The notes beneath the pieces were generated by a model. It worked only from the letters and a program-made list of their open reading frames with translations, was not told the origin of the DNA and searched no databases. The position numbers and the translations under genes were made by a program. This document shows positions 11,225 to 19,635 of a stretch of DNA of 52,203 nt, one piece after another. Origin of the DNA: Candidatus Nanopelagicales bacterium (GTDB taxonomy: Bacteria; Actinomycetota; Actinomycetes; S36-B12; UBA5976). Each line of letters opens with the position of its first letter. Position 1 is the stretch's first letter. The stretch covers positions 1 through 52,203 of the forward strand of contig JBIIAS010000001.1 of assembly GCA_044239795.1 (NCBI GenBank), given 5' to 3'.

Positions 11225-12670
11225 TTACTTGGAGTTCTTATGGGATGAGTCTGCCAGTGCGGCCTTAGCCGAGTCGCTACCGGGTCTACGTCGAAGCACC
11301 CAATCGACAATGTTGCGCTGGCGAGCCCGGCCAACGGCCATGGAACCAGCGGGAACATCTTCAGTAATAACCGAACCGGCGGCTGTGTAGGCACCGTCAC
11401 CAATTACCAGTGGGGCAACCAACATAGTGTCGCTGCCAATTCGAACATGGTCGCCAACTTGAGTGTGATGCTTTTCTTGCCCGTCATAGTTAACAAAGAC
11501 TGTGGCAGCCCCAATGTTGGTGCCTTCACCAATCGTGGCGTCACCAACATATGAAAGGTGTGGCACTTTGGCATTCGCACCCAAGTTTGCATTCTTCATC
11601 TCTACAAAGCCGCCAGCTTTAGCACCAGCGCCAAGTACTGTGCCTGGACGAAGGTAGGTGTACGGACCTACGTTTGCGCCTTCACCAATCACTGCGCCAT
11701 TTGAAGTAGTTCGAATCACGGTTGCGCAATGATCTGCAACTGTGTCATGCAATGAACAATCCGGTCCGATTGTTGCGCCACCACGAATTGTACTGGCACC
11801 AGTAATTGTTACGTTCGACAAAAGTGTTACATCAGATTCAAGAACTGCAGTGCGATCAATCCAAACCGAGTTTGGATCAACCATTGTTACGCCAGCCAGC
11901 ATCCATTCATTGTTAATGCGGTTGCGTAAAATCGCTCCAGCATCAGCAAGCTGTCGACGGTCGTTCACGCCAAGAATGTTTTCCTCTGATGTTGCAACAG
12001 CTGAAACTTCATGACCTTCACTACGCAAGATTCCTAGAACGTCAGTTAAGTACTGCTCGCCTTGTGAATTGTCAGTCGTTAACTTGGTAAGACTTTCGCG
12101 CAGCAACTTGGCATCAAATGCATAGACCCCAGAGTTAACTTCGGTAAGAAGTAATTCTGATTCAGATGCATCACGGTGTTCAACAATTTTTTCAAAACCA
12201 TCGCTAGCATTTCGAACAATGCGACCGTAACCAGTTGCATCTGCTAAATGAGCTGTTAAGACTGACGCTGCTTTACCAGCAAGTGCATTTAGGGTTAGTT
12301 GCATATCCGAAGTCGTTAGAAGTGGTGTGTCACCAGCAAGAACTAAAACTGGTCCAGTTAGTTCACCTAATGCATCAAGTGCAATCTTGACTGCATGGCC
12401 CGTGCCATTTTGCTCATCCTGCACGGCAGTAACTACCGCTGGATGCGCCTTGGCTAAATGTTCTTGAACCTGATCTCGACCGTGGCCAATGATTACCAAT
12501 GCCTTTTTGCTGTTTAAATCTGAGGCGGCGTGAAGTACGTGGTCCAACAAAGTTAGGCCTAAGACTTCATGCAGGACTTTTGGCTTTGTGGACTTCATTC
12601 GGGTGCCAGCCCCGGCAGCTAGGACAATAATTGCGGCGGGCTCAGAAGTTTGCGCACCCGTTGATTTCAC
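11225..12670 (-). CDS. glmU: Bifunctional UDP-GlcNAc pyrophosphorylase / GlcN-1-P acetyltransferase
   Basis: 481 aa. N-terminal LAAGAGTRMKS nucleotidyltransferase motif and C-terminal left-handed beta-helix hexapeptide repeats. Confidence 0.95.
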   Translation of the reverse strand: MKSTGAQTSEPAAIIVLAAGAGTRMKSTKPKVLHEVLGLTLLDHVLHAASDLNSKKALVIIGHGRDQVQEHLAKAHPAVVTAVQDEQNGTGHAVKIALDALGELTGPVLVLAGDTPLLTTSDMQLTLNALAGKAASVLTAHLADATGYGRIVRNASDGFEKIVEHRDASESELLLTEVNSGVYAFDAKLLRESLTKLTTDNSQGEQYLTDVLGILRSEGHEVSAVATSEENILGVNDRRQLADAGAILRNRINNEWMLAGVTMVDPNSVWIDRTAVLESDVTLLSNVTITGASTIRGGATIGPDCSLHDTVADHCATVIRTTSNGAVIGEGANVGPYTYLRPGTVLGAGAKAGGFVEMKNANLGANAKVPHLSYVGDATIGEGTNIGAATVFVNYDGQEKHHTQVGDHVRIGSDTMLVAPLVIGDGAYTAAGSVITEDVPAGSMAVGRARQRNIVDWVLRRRPGSDSAKAALADSSHKNSK

Positions 12671-12697
12671 ATACTTAGTTTAGTGTTTCAAACTCGG

Positions 12698-12768
12698 CTC
12701 CCGGACGTGGATTCGAACCACGATAAGCACCTCCAAAGAGTGCTGTCCTGCCATTAGACGATCCGGGA
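12698..12768 (-). tRNA. tRNA-Gln (anticodon UUG)
   Basis: Reverse complement TCCCGGATCGTCTAATGGCAGGACAGCACTCTTTGGAGGTGCTTATCGTGGTTCGAATCCACGTCCGGGAG. Acceptor TCCCGGA/TCCGGGA; anticodon loop CTTTGGA; T loop TTCGAAT. CCA is not encoded. Confidence 0.9.
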
Positions 12769-12936
12769 ATGCAGGCCGCGGTATCCCTTAGCCTGCCTGC
12801 AAATCTTATTCGCCAAGGGGCAAGATTCCCAAAACGAATAGGATTTCGCACACCTGCGTACCCATTTGCGCAAGAGCCAGTGACCAATTGCGTACGCGGT
12901 ATCCTAAAAGCGAGCACATCAGACAAAGGAATTTCT

Positions 12937-13641
12937 GTGGCAATCACACACGATCACGAAAACGACCTGGATTTATCCGGGCGTTCCCGCGTGTCTGATG
13001 TTGACCGAGTTCGTATGACAGGTCATGAACGTCGGGCCCAGCTCGTTGAAGTTGGCCGCATGCTTTTCGCGGAAAAGGGATTCGAATCCGTAACAGTTGA
13101 AGAAATTGCTCACACTGCGAATGTTTCAAAGCCGGTTGTTTACGAACACTTCGGATCAAAAGACGGTCTATACGCAGTTGTCGTCGACCGCGAAATGACT
13201 TACCTACTTAACTCAATTACTAAGGCTTTGACTGCAGTCCATCCGCGATTGCTCTTGGAACAAACCGCTTGCGCACTGTTTGATTACATCGAATCCAATA
13301 CCGATGGTTTCCGAATCTTGTTGCGCGACTCGCCTGCTGCCTCATCTTCAACAACACCAACAGGCAGCTTTGCTTCGTTGCTATCTGATGTGGCGCAGCG
13401 AGTAGAAGAATTGCTTTCCAAAGAATTTAAGTTACGAGGCTTTCCATTCCAGATGGCGCCGATGTATGCACACATGTTCGTAGGAATGGTTGCGTTGACT
13501 GGTCAGTGGTGGCTCGATGAACGCGATACTCCAAAGGACGAAGTTATTGCCCATCTTGTTAACTTGGTTTGGAATGGCGCAGTAGGACTAGAGATTAATC
13601 CCCGCCTGATTAGCACAAGAAGCGAAAGTGAAGTTCTCTAA
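12937..13641 (+). CDS. TetR/AcrR family transcriptional regulator
   Basis: HTH segment VTVEEIAHTANVSKPVVYEHFGSKDGLY. Start chosen at GTG 12937, which is preceded by AAGGA at about 6 nt; ATG 13015 is the alternative. The track ORF start at 12769 abuts the tRNA and is unlikely. Confidence 0.8.
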   Translation: MAITHDHENDLDLSGRSRVSDVDRVRMTGHERRAQLVEVGRMLFAEKGFESVTVEEIAHTANVSKPVVYEHFGSKDGLYAVVVDREMTYLLNSITKALTAVHPRLLLEQTACALFDYIESNTDGFRILLRDSPAASSSTTPTGSFASLLSDVAQRVEELLSKEFKLRGFPFQMAPMYAHMFVGMVALTGQWWLDERDTPKDEVIAHLVNLVWNGAVGLEINPRLISTRSESEVL

Positions 13642-13647
13642 CTTCGA

Positions 13648-14163
13648 TTAGTTTTCTAGGCTCGAAGATTCTTCATCAAATGGCAAGACAATATCTCGCA
13701 ATACATTTGCTAGCTTTTCCCGGTCTGCTTTAGAGATGGTAGCCAGCAAAGATTTTTCTCGAGCCAACAATTCATCAAGCGCGCGGTCCACTGCAGTCTT
13801 GCCAACTTGGGTCAGCTGAACTAACACGCCACGGCCATCGGTTGGATCGGGCATGCGCGCGACTAAGTTTTTGGATTCAAGTCGATCGATGCGGTTAGTC
13901 ATAGTTCCGCTGGTAACAAGGTTTTGTGAAATCAATGCAGACGGCGTGAGTGCGTATGGCTTTCCGGTTCTGCGTAAGGCTGCTAACACATCAAATTCAC
14001 CAGGCTCTAAGTCATTAGCGGCAAAAGCTTCACGTCTAGCGATATCAAGGTGACGAGCCAGTCTGGAAACACGACTTAATACTTGCAGCGGGGCAACATC
14101 AAGATCCGGGCGCTCTTGCTGCCAAGCGTCGACAATTCGGTCGACTTCATCTGATGTGCTCAT
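13648..14163 (-). CDS. MarR family transcriptional regulator
   Basis: 171 aa. Winged-helix pattern GEFDVLAALRRTGKPYALTPSAL...TSGTMTNRIDRLE. Confidence 0.85.
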   Translation of the reverse strand: MSTSDEVDRIVDAWQQERPDLDVAPLQVLSRVSRLARHLDIARREAFAANDLEPGEFDVLAALRRTGKPYALTPSALISQNLVTSGTMTNRIDRLESKNLVARMPDPTDGRGVLVQLTQVGKTAVDRALDELLAREKSLLATISKADREKLANVLRDIVLPFDEESSSLEN

Positions 14164-14181
14164 CTAAGAGAGTCTAGGAGA

Positions 14182-15093
14182 TTATCTTGACGTCGAGATA
14201 ACTCGCGCACCATGAACTGGTCCGTGAGTGCGTAAAACATCATCAACTAAGCCCGTGGCCTTAAGCGCAACAACTAAATCAATTGCGCTGGACTCATCGC
14301 GCACTAAGAAGGCACAAGTTGGCCCACTGCCGGAAATGACTGCGCCCAAAGCACCATAATCAATTCCTTGTTCGAGCACTCGACCTAATTGAGGTCGCGA
14401 AGTCGTGGCAGCTAATTGCAAGTCGTTGTGCAGTAGTCGGCCAAGAGCTGGCGCATCTCCCCGAGCTAAAGCACTTAGTAATTCAGTTGGAACTTCTGGA
14501 TCTTCTTCAAATTCCAGGCCGCGCATTTCATCAGTCTTTTCATAAATCTGCGCAGTCGACAATCCTTCATCAAAAGTTGCGAAGACCCAATGGAAGCTGC
14601 CGCGAATCATTACTGGGGAAAGCACGTCACCGCGGCCAACGCCTAGCGCGCATCCACCATGAAGCATGAATGGAACATCTGAGCCAAGTGTGGCTGCCAT
14701 GGCATCGAGTTGATCACGCGGAATTCCAGCATTCCAATACGTATCACAAGCAACGAGTGTTGCGGCGGCATCTGCGCTACCACCTGCCATTCCTGCTGCA
14801 ATCGGAATTGATTTATCAATTTGAATGTGAATATTTGGCTCTTCACCACACGCGCGAGCTACTAGCTCAGCTGCCTTCCAGGCCAAGTTAGTTTCGTCAG
14901 TTGGGATTCGATCCGCAAATTGACCAAGGCCACTAATCATTAGCGAATCAGCGGCCGAGACTGTGACTTCGTCGTAGATTCCAACAGCTTGAAAGATTGT
15001 GGCAAGTTCGTGGTAACCCGAAAACTCTCGCGGTCCCACCCCAAGGTAAACATTTACCTTGCCGGGTACTCGGACTGTTACGGATTTGGTCAC
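14182..15093 (-). CDS. ispE: 4-diphosphocytidyl-2-C-methyl-D-erythritol kinase
   Basis: 303 aa. N-terminus VRVPGKVNVYLGVG and GHMP kinase motif PIAAGMAGGSADAAA. Confidence 0.92.
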   Translation of the reverse strand: MTKSVTVRVPGKVNVYLGVGPREFSGYHELATIFQAVGIYDEVTVSAADSLMISGLGQFADRIPTDETNLAWKAAELVARACGEEPNIHIQIDKSIPIAAGMAGGSADAAATLVACDTYWNAGIPRDQLDAMAATLGSDVPFMLHGGCALGVGRGDVLSPVMIRGSFHWVFATFDEGLSTAQIYEKTDEMRGLEFEEDPEVPTELLSALARGDAPALGRLLHNDLQLAATTSRPQLGRVLEQGIDYGALGAVISGSGPTCAFLVRDESSAIDLVVALKATGLVDDVLRTHGPVHGARVISTSR

Positions 15094-15097
15094 GGAC

Positions 15098-15991
15098 TTA
15101 GATTACTTTCTTGGCACTCTGTGCGATAGCCACAAAATCTTGCAAACTTAACTGTTCGCCGCGTAACCCAGGATCCACGCCAGCATCGCGCAGAATGCTC
15201 TCTACGCTCTGTGGTGATCCCAATGCGCTACCAAGTGCCGTGCGAAGGGTTTTGCGTCGTTGCCCGAACGCTGCGTCAACAATCGTGAAAGTTAGTTCAC
15301 GTAATTCTGGATCAAATTCTCGTTCTTTACGTACCAGCCGAACTAAACCAGAGTCCACATTTGGTGCTGGCCAAAACACATTACGTCCTACTGAGCCAGC
15401 TTTGGTAACTTCGCCATACCAAGCCATCTTGACGCTAGGCACACCATAAATCTTGCTGCCAGGCCCAGCTGCCATGCGATCTGCAACCTCGGCTTGAACC
15501 ATAACCAGAATTTCTCGCAAGGATGGAAATGTTTCCAGGAAGTGCAATACAACTGGAACTGAAACGTTGTACGGCAAGTTTGCAACTAAATGCGTTGGTG
15601 CTGCAGGTAACTCGGTGATTCGCATTGCGTCTGCATTGATGACACTGAGATTCTCTTGCAAACTTGGTGCGTGCAATGCAATTGTCGAAGGCAGTGCGCC
15701 TGCCAAAACCGGATCAATCTCGACCGCTAGAACTTTTGCCACATTAGGAAGTAGTGCCAAAGTTAATGAACCAAGACCGGGACCAATTTCTACAACAATG
15801 TCAGATTCACTTACCTGCGCTTGAGTGACAATTCGCCGAACCGTATTTGGATCAATGACAAAGTTTTGTCCCAACTTTTTTGTGGGAGTTGCATTTAATG
15901 ACGCTGCTAGAGCACGGATCTCAGTCGCACCAAGCAGTGTCGGTTCTTTAGCTGCTGATTCATTCACTGCTGGTTCGGGGAATTCAGTCAT
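15098..15991 (-). CDS. rsmA: 16S rRNA (adenine1518/1519-N6)-dimethyltransferase
   Basis: Motifs KKLGQNFVIDPN, VVEIGPGLGSLT and NLPYNVS. Start taken at ATG 15991 (MTEFPEP), 8 nt after the upstream stop. The longer track ORF overlaps the upstream gene. Confidence 0.92.
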   Translation of the reverse strand: MTEFPEPAVNESAAKEPTLLGATEIRALAASLNATPTKKLGQNFVIDPNTVRRIVTQAQVSESDIVVEIGPGLGSLTLALLPNVAKVLAVEIDPVLAGALPSTIALHAPSLQENLSVINADAMRITELPAAPTHLVANLPYNVSVPVVLHFLETFPSLREILVMVQAEVADRMAAGPGSKIYGVPSVKMAWYGEVTKAGSVGRNVFWPAPNVDSGLVRLVRKEREFDPELRELTFTIVDAAFGQRRKTLRTALGSALGSPQSVESILRDAGVDPGLRGEQLSLQDFVAIAQSAKKVI

Positions 15992-15999
15992 TAAGTGGT

Positions 16000-16803
16000 T
16001 TAGTACCAGTTGCGATCGTAGAAGAAATCTAGCGCACCACATGGAGTGTCATAACGTTTCTCAATGTAGTTCGCACCCCACTTGATCTGAGTGACTGGAT
16101 TTGTTTGCCAGTCATCACCAAAGCTAGCCATTTTCTTTCCTGGCAAACTTTGTGGAATTCCATATGCGCCAGATGTTGGATTAGAAGCTTTGTGGTTCCA
16201 ATTACTTTCTTTGAACCATAAAGTTTCAAGGCAAGTAAATTCGCTATCTCCCCAGCCATATTCTTGATTGATAAAAAGTTTTGCGTATTCTTTGTTTCCA
16301 GTTTTGGTACCGGTCTTGCCTGCGGCAGTTTCCAGGGCTACTGCAATATCTGCAGGGTCTCCAGTTCCACGAACAACAATGGCTTCAATTGGTTCTGTTG
16401 TAACCTCTCGACTTAACTCAGTGCGAAACACTTCATTGCCGTCAAGCAATTTAACTTCGTAAGTGATTTGAGCTAAACCTGATTTTCCAGCCTGTTTAAC
16501 AATGTCAGTACCTGTTGCAATTGATGGGTCTTCGGTGGCAGAGGTTTTGAATTCAATTTCGGTTTCTTCGGTAACCACTTTGTCGCTGATGGTGTGTTCT
16601 TTAATGTTGTATTCATAAGTCGAATCAATGACTAGCGCAGCTGCGTCGATGTATGGCGGTGGTGGCTCTGAACTGTTTGCAGCAGTAATTCCACCAGTTA
16701 GCAAAACTGCTGCGCTAGCAACAATTGCTGACCTAAGTGGCACATTATGGTTTTTCGGGCGGGCATGACGGCCAGGCACACTATGGCGACCACGTTGTCT
16801 CAT
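16000..16803 (-). CDS. Secreted G5-domain protein with C-terminal SLT-like lytic transglycosylase domain (occupies the rpfB position)
   Basis: 267 aa. N-terminal TM/signal segment. G5-like segment TEETEIEFKT...AQITYEVKLLDGNEV...VVRGTG. C-terminal WFKESNWNHKASNPTSGAYGIPQSLP (catalytic Glu context) resembles APF/SLT-type muramidases. Confidence 0.7.
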   Translation of the reverse strand: MRQRGRHSVPGRHARPKNHNVPLRSAIVASAAVLLTGGITAANSSEPPPPYIDAAALVIDSTYEYNIKEHTISDKVVTEETEIEFKTSATEDPSIATGTDIVKQAGKSGLAQITYEVKLLDGNEVFRTELSREVTTEPIEAIVVRGTGDPADIAVALETAAGKTGTKTGNKEYAKLFINQEYGWGDSEFTCLETLWFKESNWNHKASNPTSGAYGIPQSLPGKKMASFGDDWQTNPVTQIKWGANYIEKRYDTPCGALDFFYDRNWY

Positions 16804-16898
16804 TACTTCCCCGCTTTGTTCCGACTTATGAGTTCAATAAATTGAACAGAAACTCCACGTTATCCCGAACCTCCCCCAGTAAGGCAAGTTCAGATTTG

Positions 16899-17720
16899 TC
16901 AAAATGGCCCAAAAACCCTTGCGGCATTTGAAAAAAGAAGTTCACAAATTTCTTGCTCAGATTGCCCTCTAACCTCACAAATTGCTCGAACGGTCCAAGG
17001 GATGTTTGTTGATGAATTTGCCTGACCACGATTAGGTGCCGGTGTTAAAAACGGCGAATCAGTTTCTACTAGAAGTAAGTGGTCTGGGATTTCTAGTACG
17101 GCATCGCGCAGTTGCTGAGCATTCTTGAAGGTCACCACGCCAGGAATCGACATGTACCAGCCAGCTTGGGCACAGATCTTTGCCATTTCGCCATCTCCTG
17201 AGAAGCAGTGAAAAACTACGGTCTCGGGTGCGCCGTATGTTTCTAAAGTTTCGATGACGTCTTTATGTGCATCTCGATCGTGGATTATGACCGGCTTGCC
17301 AACATCTCTGGCGATATCGATGTGTGCGCGAAATGAAACGTGTTGCGCGGCAGCTTGGGATTCTTCAGTTCGGAAGTAATCCAAACCAGTTTCGCCAAGT
17401 CCTCGAACTTGTGGCAACTTTGCCAGTTCAGCAATTGCAGTAAGTGAACTTTCTAAATCCGTATCGTGTGCTGCAGCATTTGGGTGCAATGCCACAGTTG
17501 CCCATACATCTGGATGCTCGAGCGCAGTTTTGGCAGCCCACTTTGAGCTGGCAACATCACACCCAACTTGAATAACTTTTGTGACATTGACTGACTTAGC
17601 GGCTGCCATTGCTTCATCAACATCTGGCAAATCATATTCGTAGTCAAAACTGACATCCATATGACAGTGCGTATCCACTACTGGACCCGATAATGGCAAC
17701 GGCATTTTGACTGCACTCAC
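16899..17720 (-). CDS. tatD: TatD family metal-dependent hydrolase
   Basis: 273 aa. Motifs VDTHCHMD, HCFSGD and VETDSPFLTP. Confidence 0.9.
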   Translation of the reverse strand: MSAVKMPLPLSGPVVDTHCHMDVSFDYEYDLPDVDEAMAAAKSVNVTKVIQVGCDVASSKWAAKTALEHPDVWATVALHPNAAAHDTDLESSLTAIAELAKLPQVRGLGETGLDYFRTEESQAAAQHVSFRAHIDIARDVGKPVIIHDRDAHKDVIETLETYGAPETVVFHCFSGDGEMAKICAQAGWYMSIPGVVTFKNAQQLRDAVLEIPDHLLLVETDSPFLTPAPNRGQANSSTNIPWTVRAICEVRGQSEQEICELLFSNAARVFGPF

Positions 17721-17805
17721 TCCTATACGTTAGCGATGACTTGGTAACCTAGGCTTGTTACTGGGCAGAAACGGGGTTGTCCAGTTTTATTACAAGGGCA
17801 AATAA

Positions 17806-19635
17806 GTGATTCGTCGACTTCCAGGGCTTGATGGCTTACGTGGCATCGCTGTTTTGGCTGTCATTATTTATCACGCTGATATTTCCTTGCTTGTTGGTGG
17901 CTTTCTCGGAGTAGACGTTTTCTTCGTTTTATCTGGCTTCCTCATTACTTCACTATTGATAGATGAGTTAACCCGAACCAATACCGTTGATCGGGCTCGT
18001 TTCTATATCCGGCGAATCCGCCGCTTGATGCCTGCGCTATTCCTAGTTTTGTTCTTCAGTGTTTTGGTTTCTGGACTGTTTGTGTTGGATGCGGCCTACC
18101 ACGTTCGTCGCGACTTACCTTGGGCTATTACTTTTGTATTGAATTGGTCTTATCTATTTTTTGAACAGTCCTACTTTGTCAATATTTCACGGCCACCACT
18201 ATTGCAACATCTTTGGTCGCTTTCAGTGGAGGAACAGTTTTATGTAATTTGGCCAATCATGTTGATTGGTTTGTACAAGGTGAAAATTGGAAAACTTTCA
18301 CCGCGCGTAAAGATATTCATTGCCTCCTCTGCTCTTGCTATTGCTTCTACCGCGTGGATGGCGCACCTCTCAATTTCAAATGGTTTTCCAATTCCAAATG
18401 ATCCAAGCCGGGTTTACTTCGGCACTGATACTCATGCCATGGGGCTTCTTGTTGGTTGCGCCGCCGCAGCCCTGTGGAGATCTGAACGCCTTAGCGAAAA
18501 ACTGACACCAGATCGGGCTGCAGCAATGAATGGCCTTGGTCTTTTAAGTATTGCGGGATTGGCTTATTTCTTTTTATTCGTTAGCGAGCTAAACGAATTT
18601 CTATATCGCGGAGGATTCCTTGTACTTTCAATCTTGACTGCAATCCTTATCGTCGTTGCTGCTCACCCAGGATTGAAGTTTGGCCAGCGACTTGGTAACC
18701 CAGTACTTAAGTGGTTTGGTGATCGCTCCTACGGAATCTATTTGTGGCATTGGCCAATCTTTGTTTTGATGCGATCAGGTATCGACATTCAGTGGCCAGA
18801 TCCGGTCGCATTTGTTGTCAAGGTTGCAATAGTTCTCGTAATTGCTGATTTGTCATACCGTTATGTTGAAATGCCAATTCGTAATGGTGCAATTGGTTCG
18901 CGGTTAAGCATTTGGCGAGCAGCTGGAGTTCCTCGACCTAAGGCTAGAACCCTATTGACCACTGCAGTAACTGTTTTGGTGCTCTCAGCCAGCATGGTCG
19001 GCATGTATCGAGTCCCCACACCGGATGCTGGAAACCTAACAGGCATTGGTGGCATCACTGCCATTGATGAAGATCCAGTTGCCTTGGTTGTACCGACAGC
19101 AACGCCTGATTCAGATCCATTAATCAATTCCCAGCAGGCAGCTCAGGTTCAAAAGGAAATTGAGAGCAGGCTTGCACCAGTGATATTCGGGGACTCTGTT
19201 GTTCTAAGCGCTCGGGAGAGTTTGCGAAACGTTATTGGAAAAATATCAATTGATGCTGCGGTTAGTCGTCAACCAGAAGTAATCGCCGATCGAATCAGGT
19301 TGCGACGTGACGAACGAAGACTCGGTCCTGACGTGATAATCCACATGGGTACAAATGGGCTGGTACAAGAATCGGAATTGAAGCCAATCTTGGATGAACT
19401 TAGTGATCGCGACAGAGTTGTGGTTGTTAACGTTCGAGTGCCTAGAGTTTGGATGAATCCAACCAATGAAACGATCGCTAACTTAGTTGCACAATATCCA
19501 AATGCTAGGTTGGCGGATTGGAATTCGGTTTCTAAGGGCAAAAAGGGTTACTTTGCCCCAGACGGTGTGCATTTAACCAAAACTGGAGCTGATGCCTTCG
19601 GTGCTTTAATTAACGAAACCCTAGTTGGCCCTTAA
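17806..19635 (+). CDS. Acyltransferase family 3 membrane protein with C-terminal SGNH-like domain (OatA-like)
   Basis: 609 aa. N-terminus LDGLRGIAVLAVIIYH followed by about 10 hydrophobic helices. C-terminal extracytoplasmic domain with FGDSV and DGVHLT-type SGNH motifs. Confidence 0.85.
   Translation: MIRRLPGLDGLRGIAVLAVIIYHADISLLVGGFLGVDVFFVLSGFLITSLLIDELTRTNTVDRARFYIRRIRRLMPALFLVLFFSVLVSGLFVLDAAYHVRRDLPWAITFVLNWSYLFFEQSYFVNISRPPLLQHLWSLSVEEQFYVIWPIMLIGLYKVKIGKLSPRVKIFIASSALAIASTAWMAHLSISNGFPIPNDPSRVYFGTDTHAMGLLVGCAAAALWRSERLSEKLTPDRAAAMNGLGLLSIAGLAYFFLFVSELNEFLYRGGFLVLSILTAILIVVAAHPGLKFGQRLGNPVLKWFGDRSYGIYLWHWPIFVLMRSGIDIQWPDPVAFVVKVAIVLVIADLSYRYVEMPIRNGAIGSRLSIWRAAGVPRPKARTLLTTAVTVLVLSASMVGMYRVPTPDAGNLTGIGGITAIDEDPVALVVPTATPDSDPLINSQQAAQVQKEIESRLAPVIFGDSVVLSARESLRNVIGKISIDAAVSRQPEVIADRIRLRRDERRLGPDVIIHMGTNGLVQESELKPILDELSDRDRVVVVNVRVPRVWMNPTNETIANLVAQYPNARLADWNSVSKGKKGYFAPDGVHLTKTGADAFGALINETLVGP

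Noticed and set aside
12769-12936. Upstream extension of the TetR ORF starting immediately beside tRNA-Gln
   Set aside because: It leaves no room for a promoter and has no TetR-like sequence. A GTG with a good AAGGA RBS lies at 12937.
15992-16042. 17-codon extension of rsmA overlapping the upstream muramidase gene
   Set aside because: ATG 15991 (MTEFPEP) follows the upstream stop by 8 nt. The extension is an unusual Cys/Trp/Arg-rich sequence.
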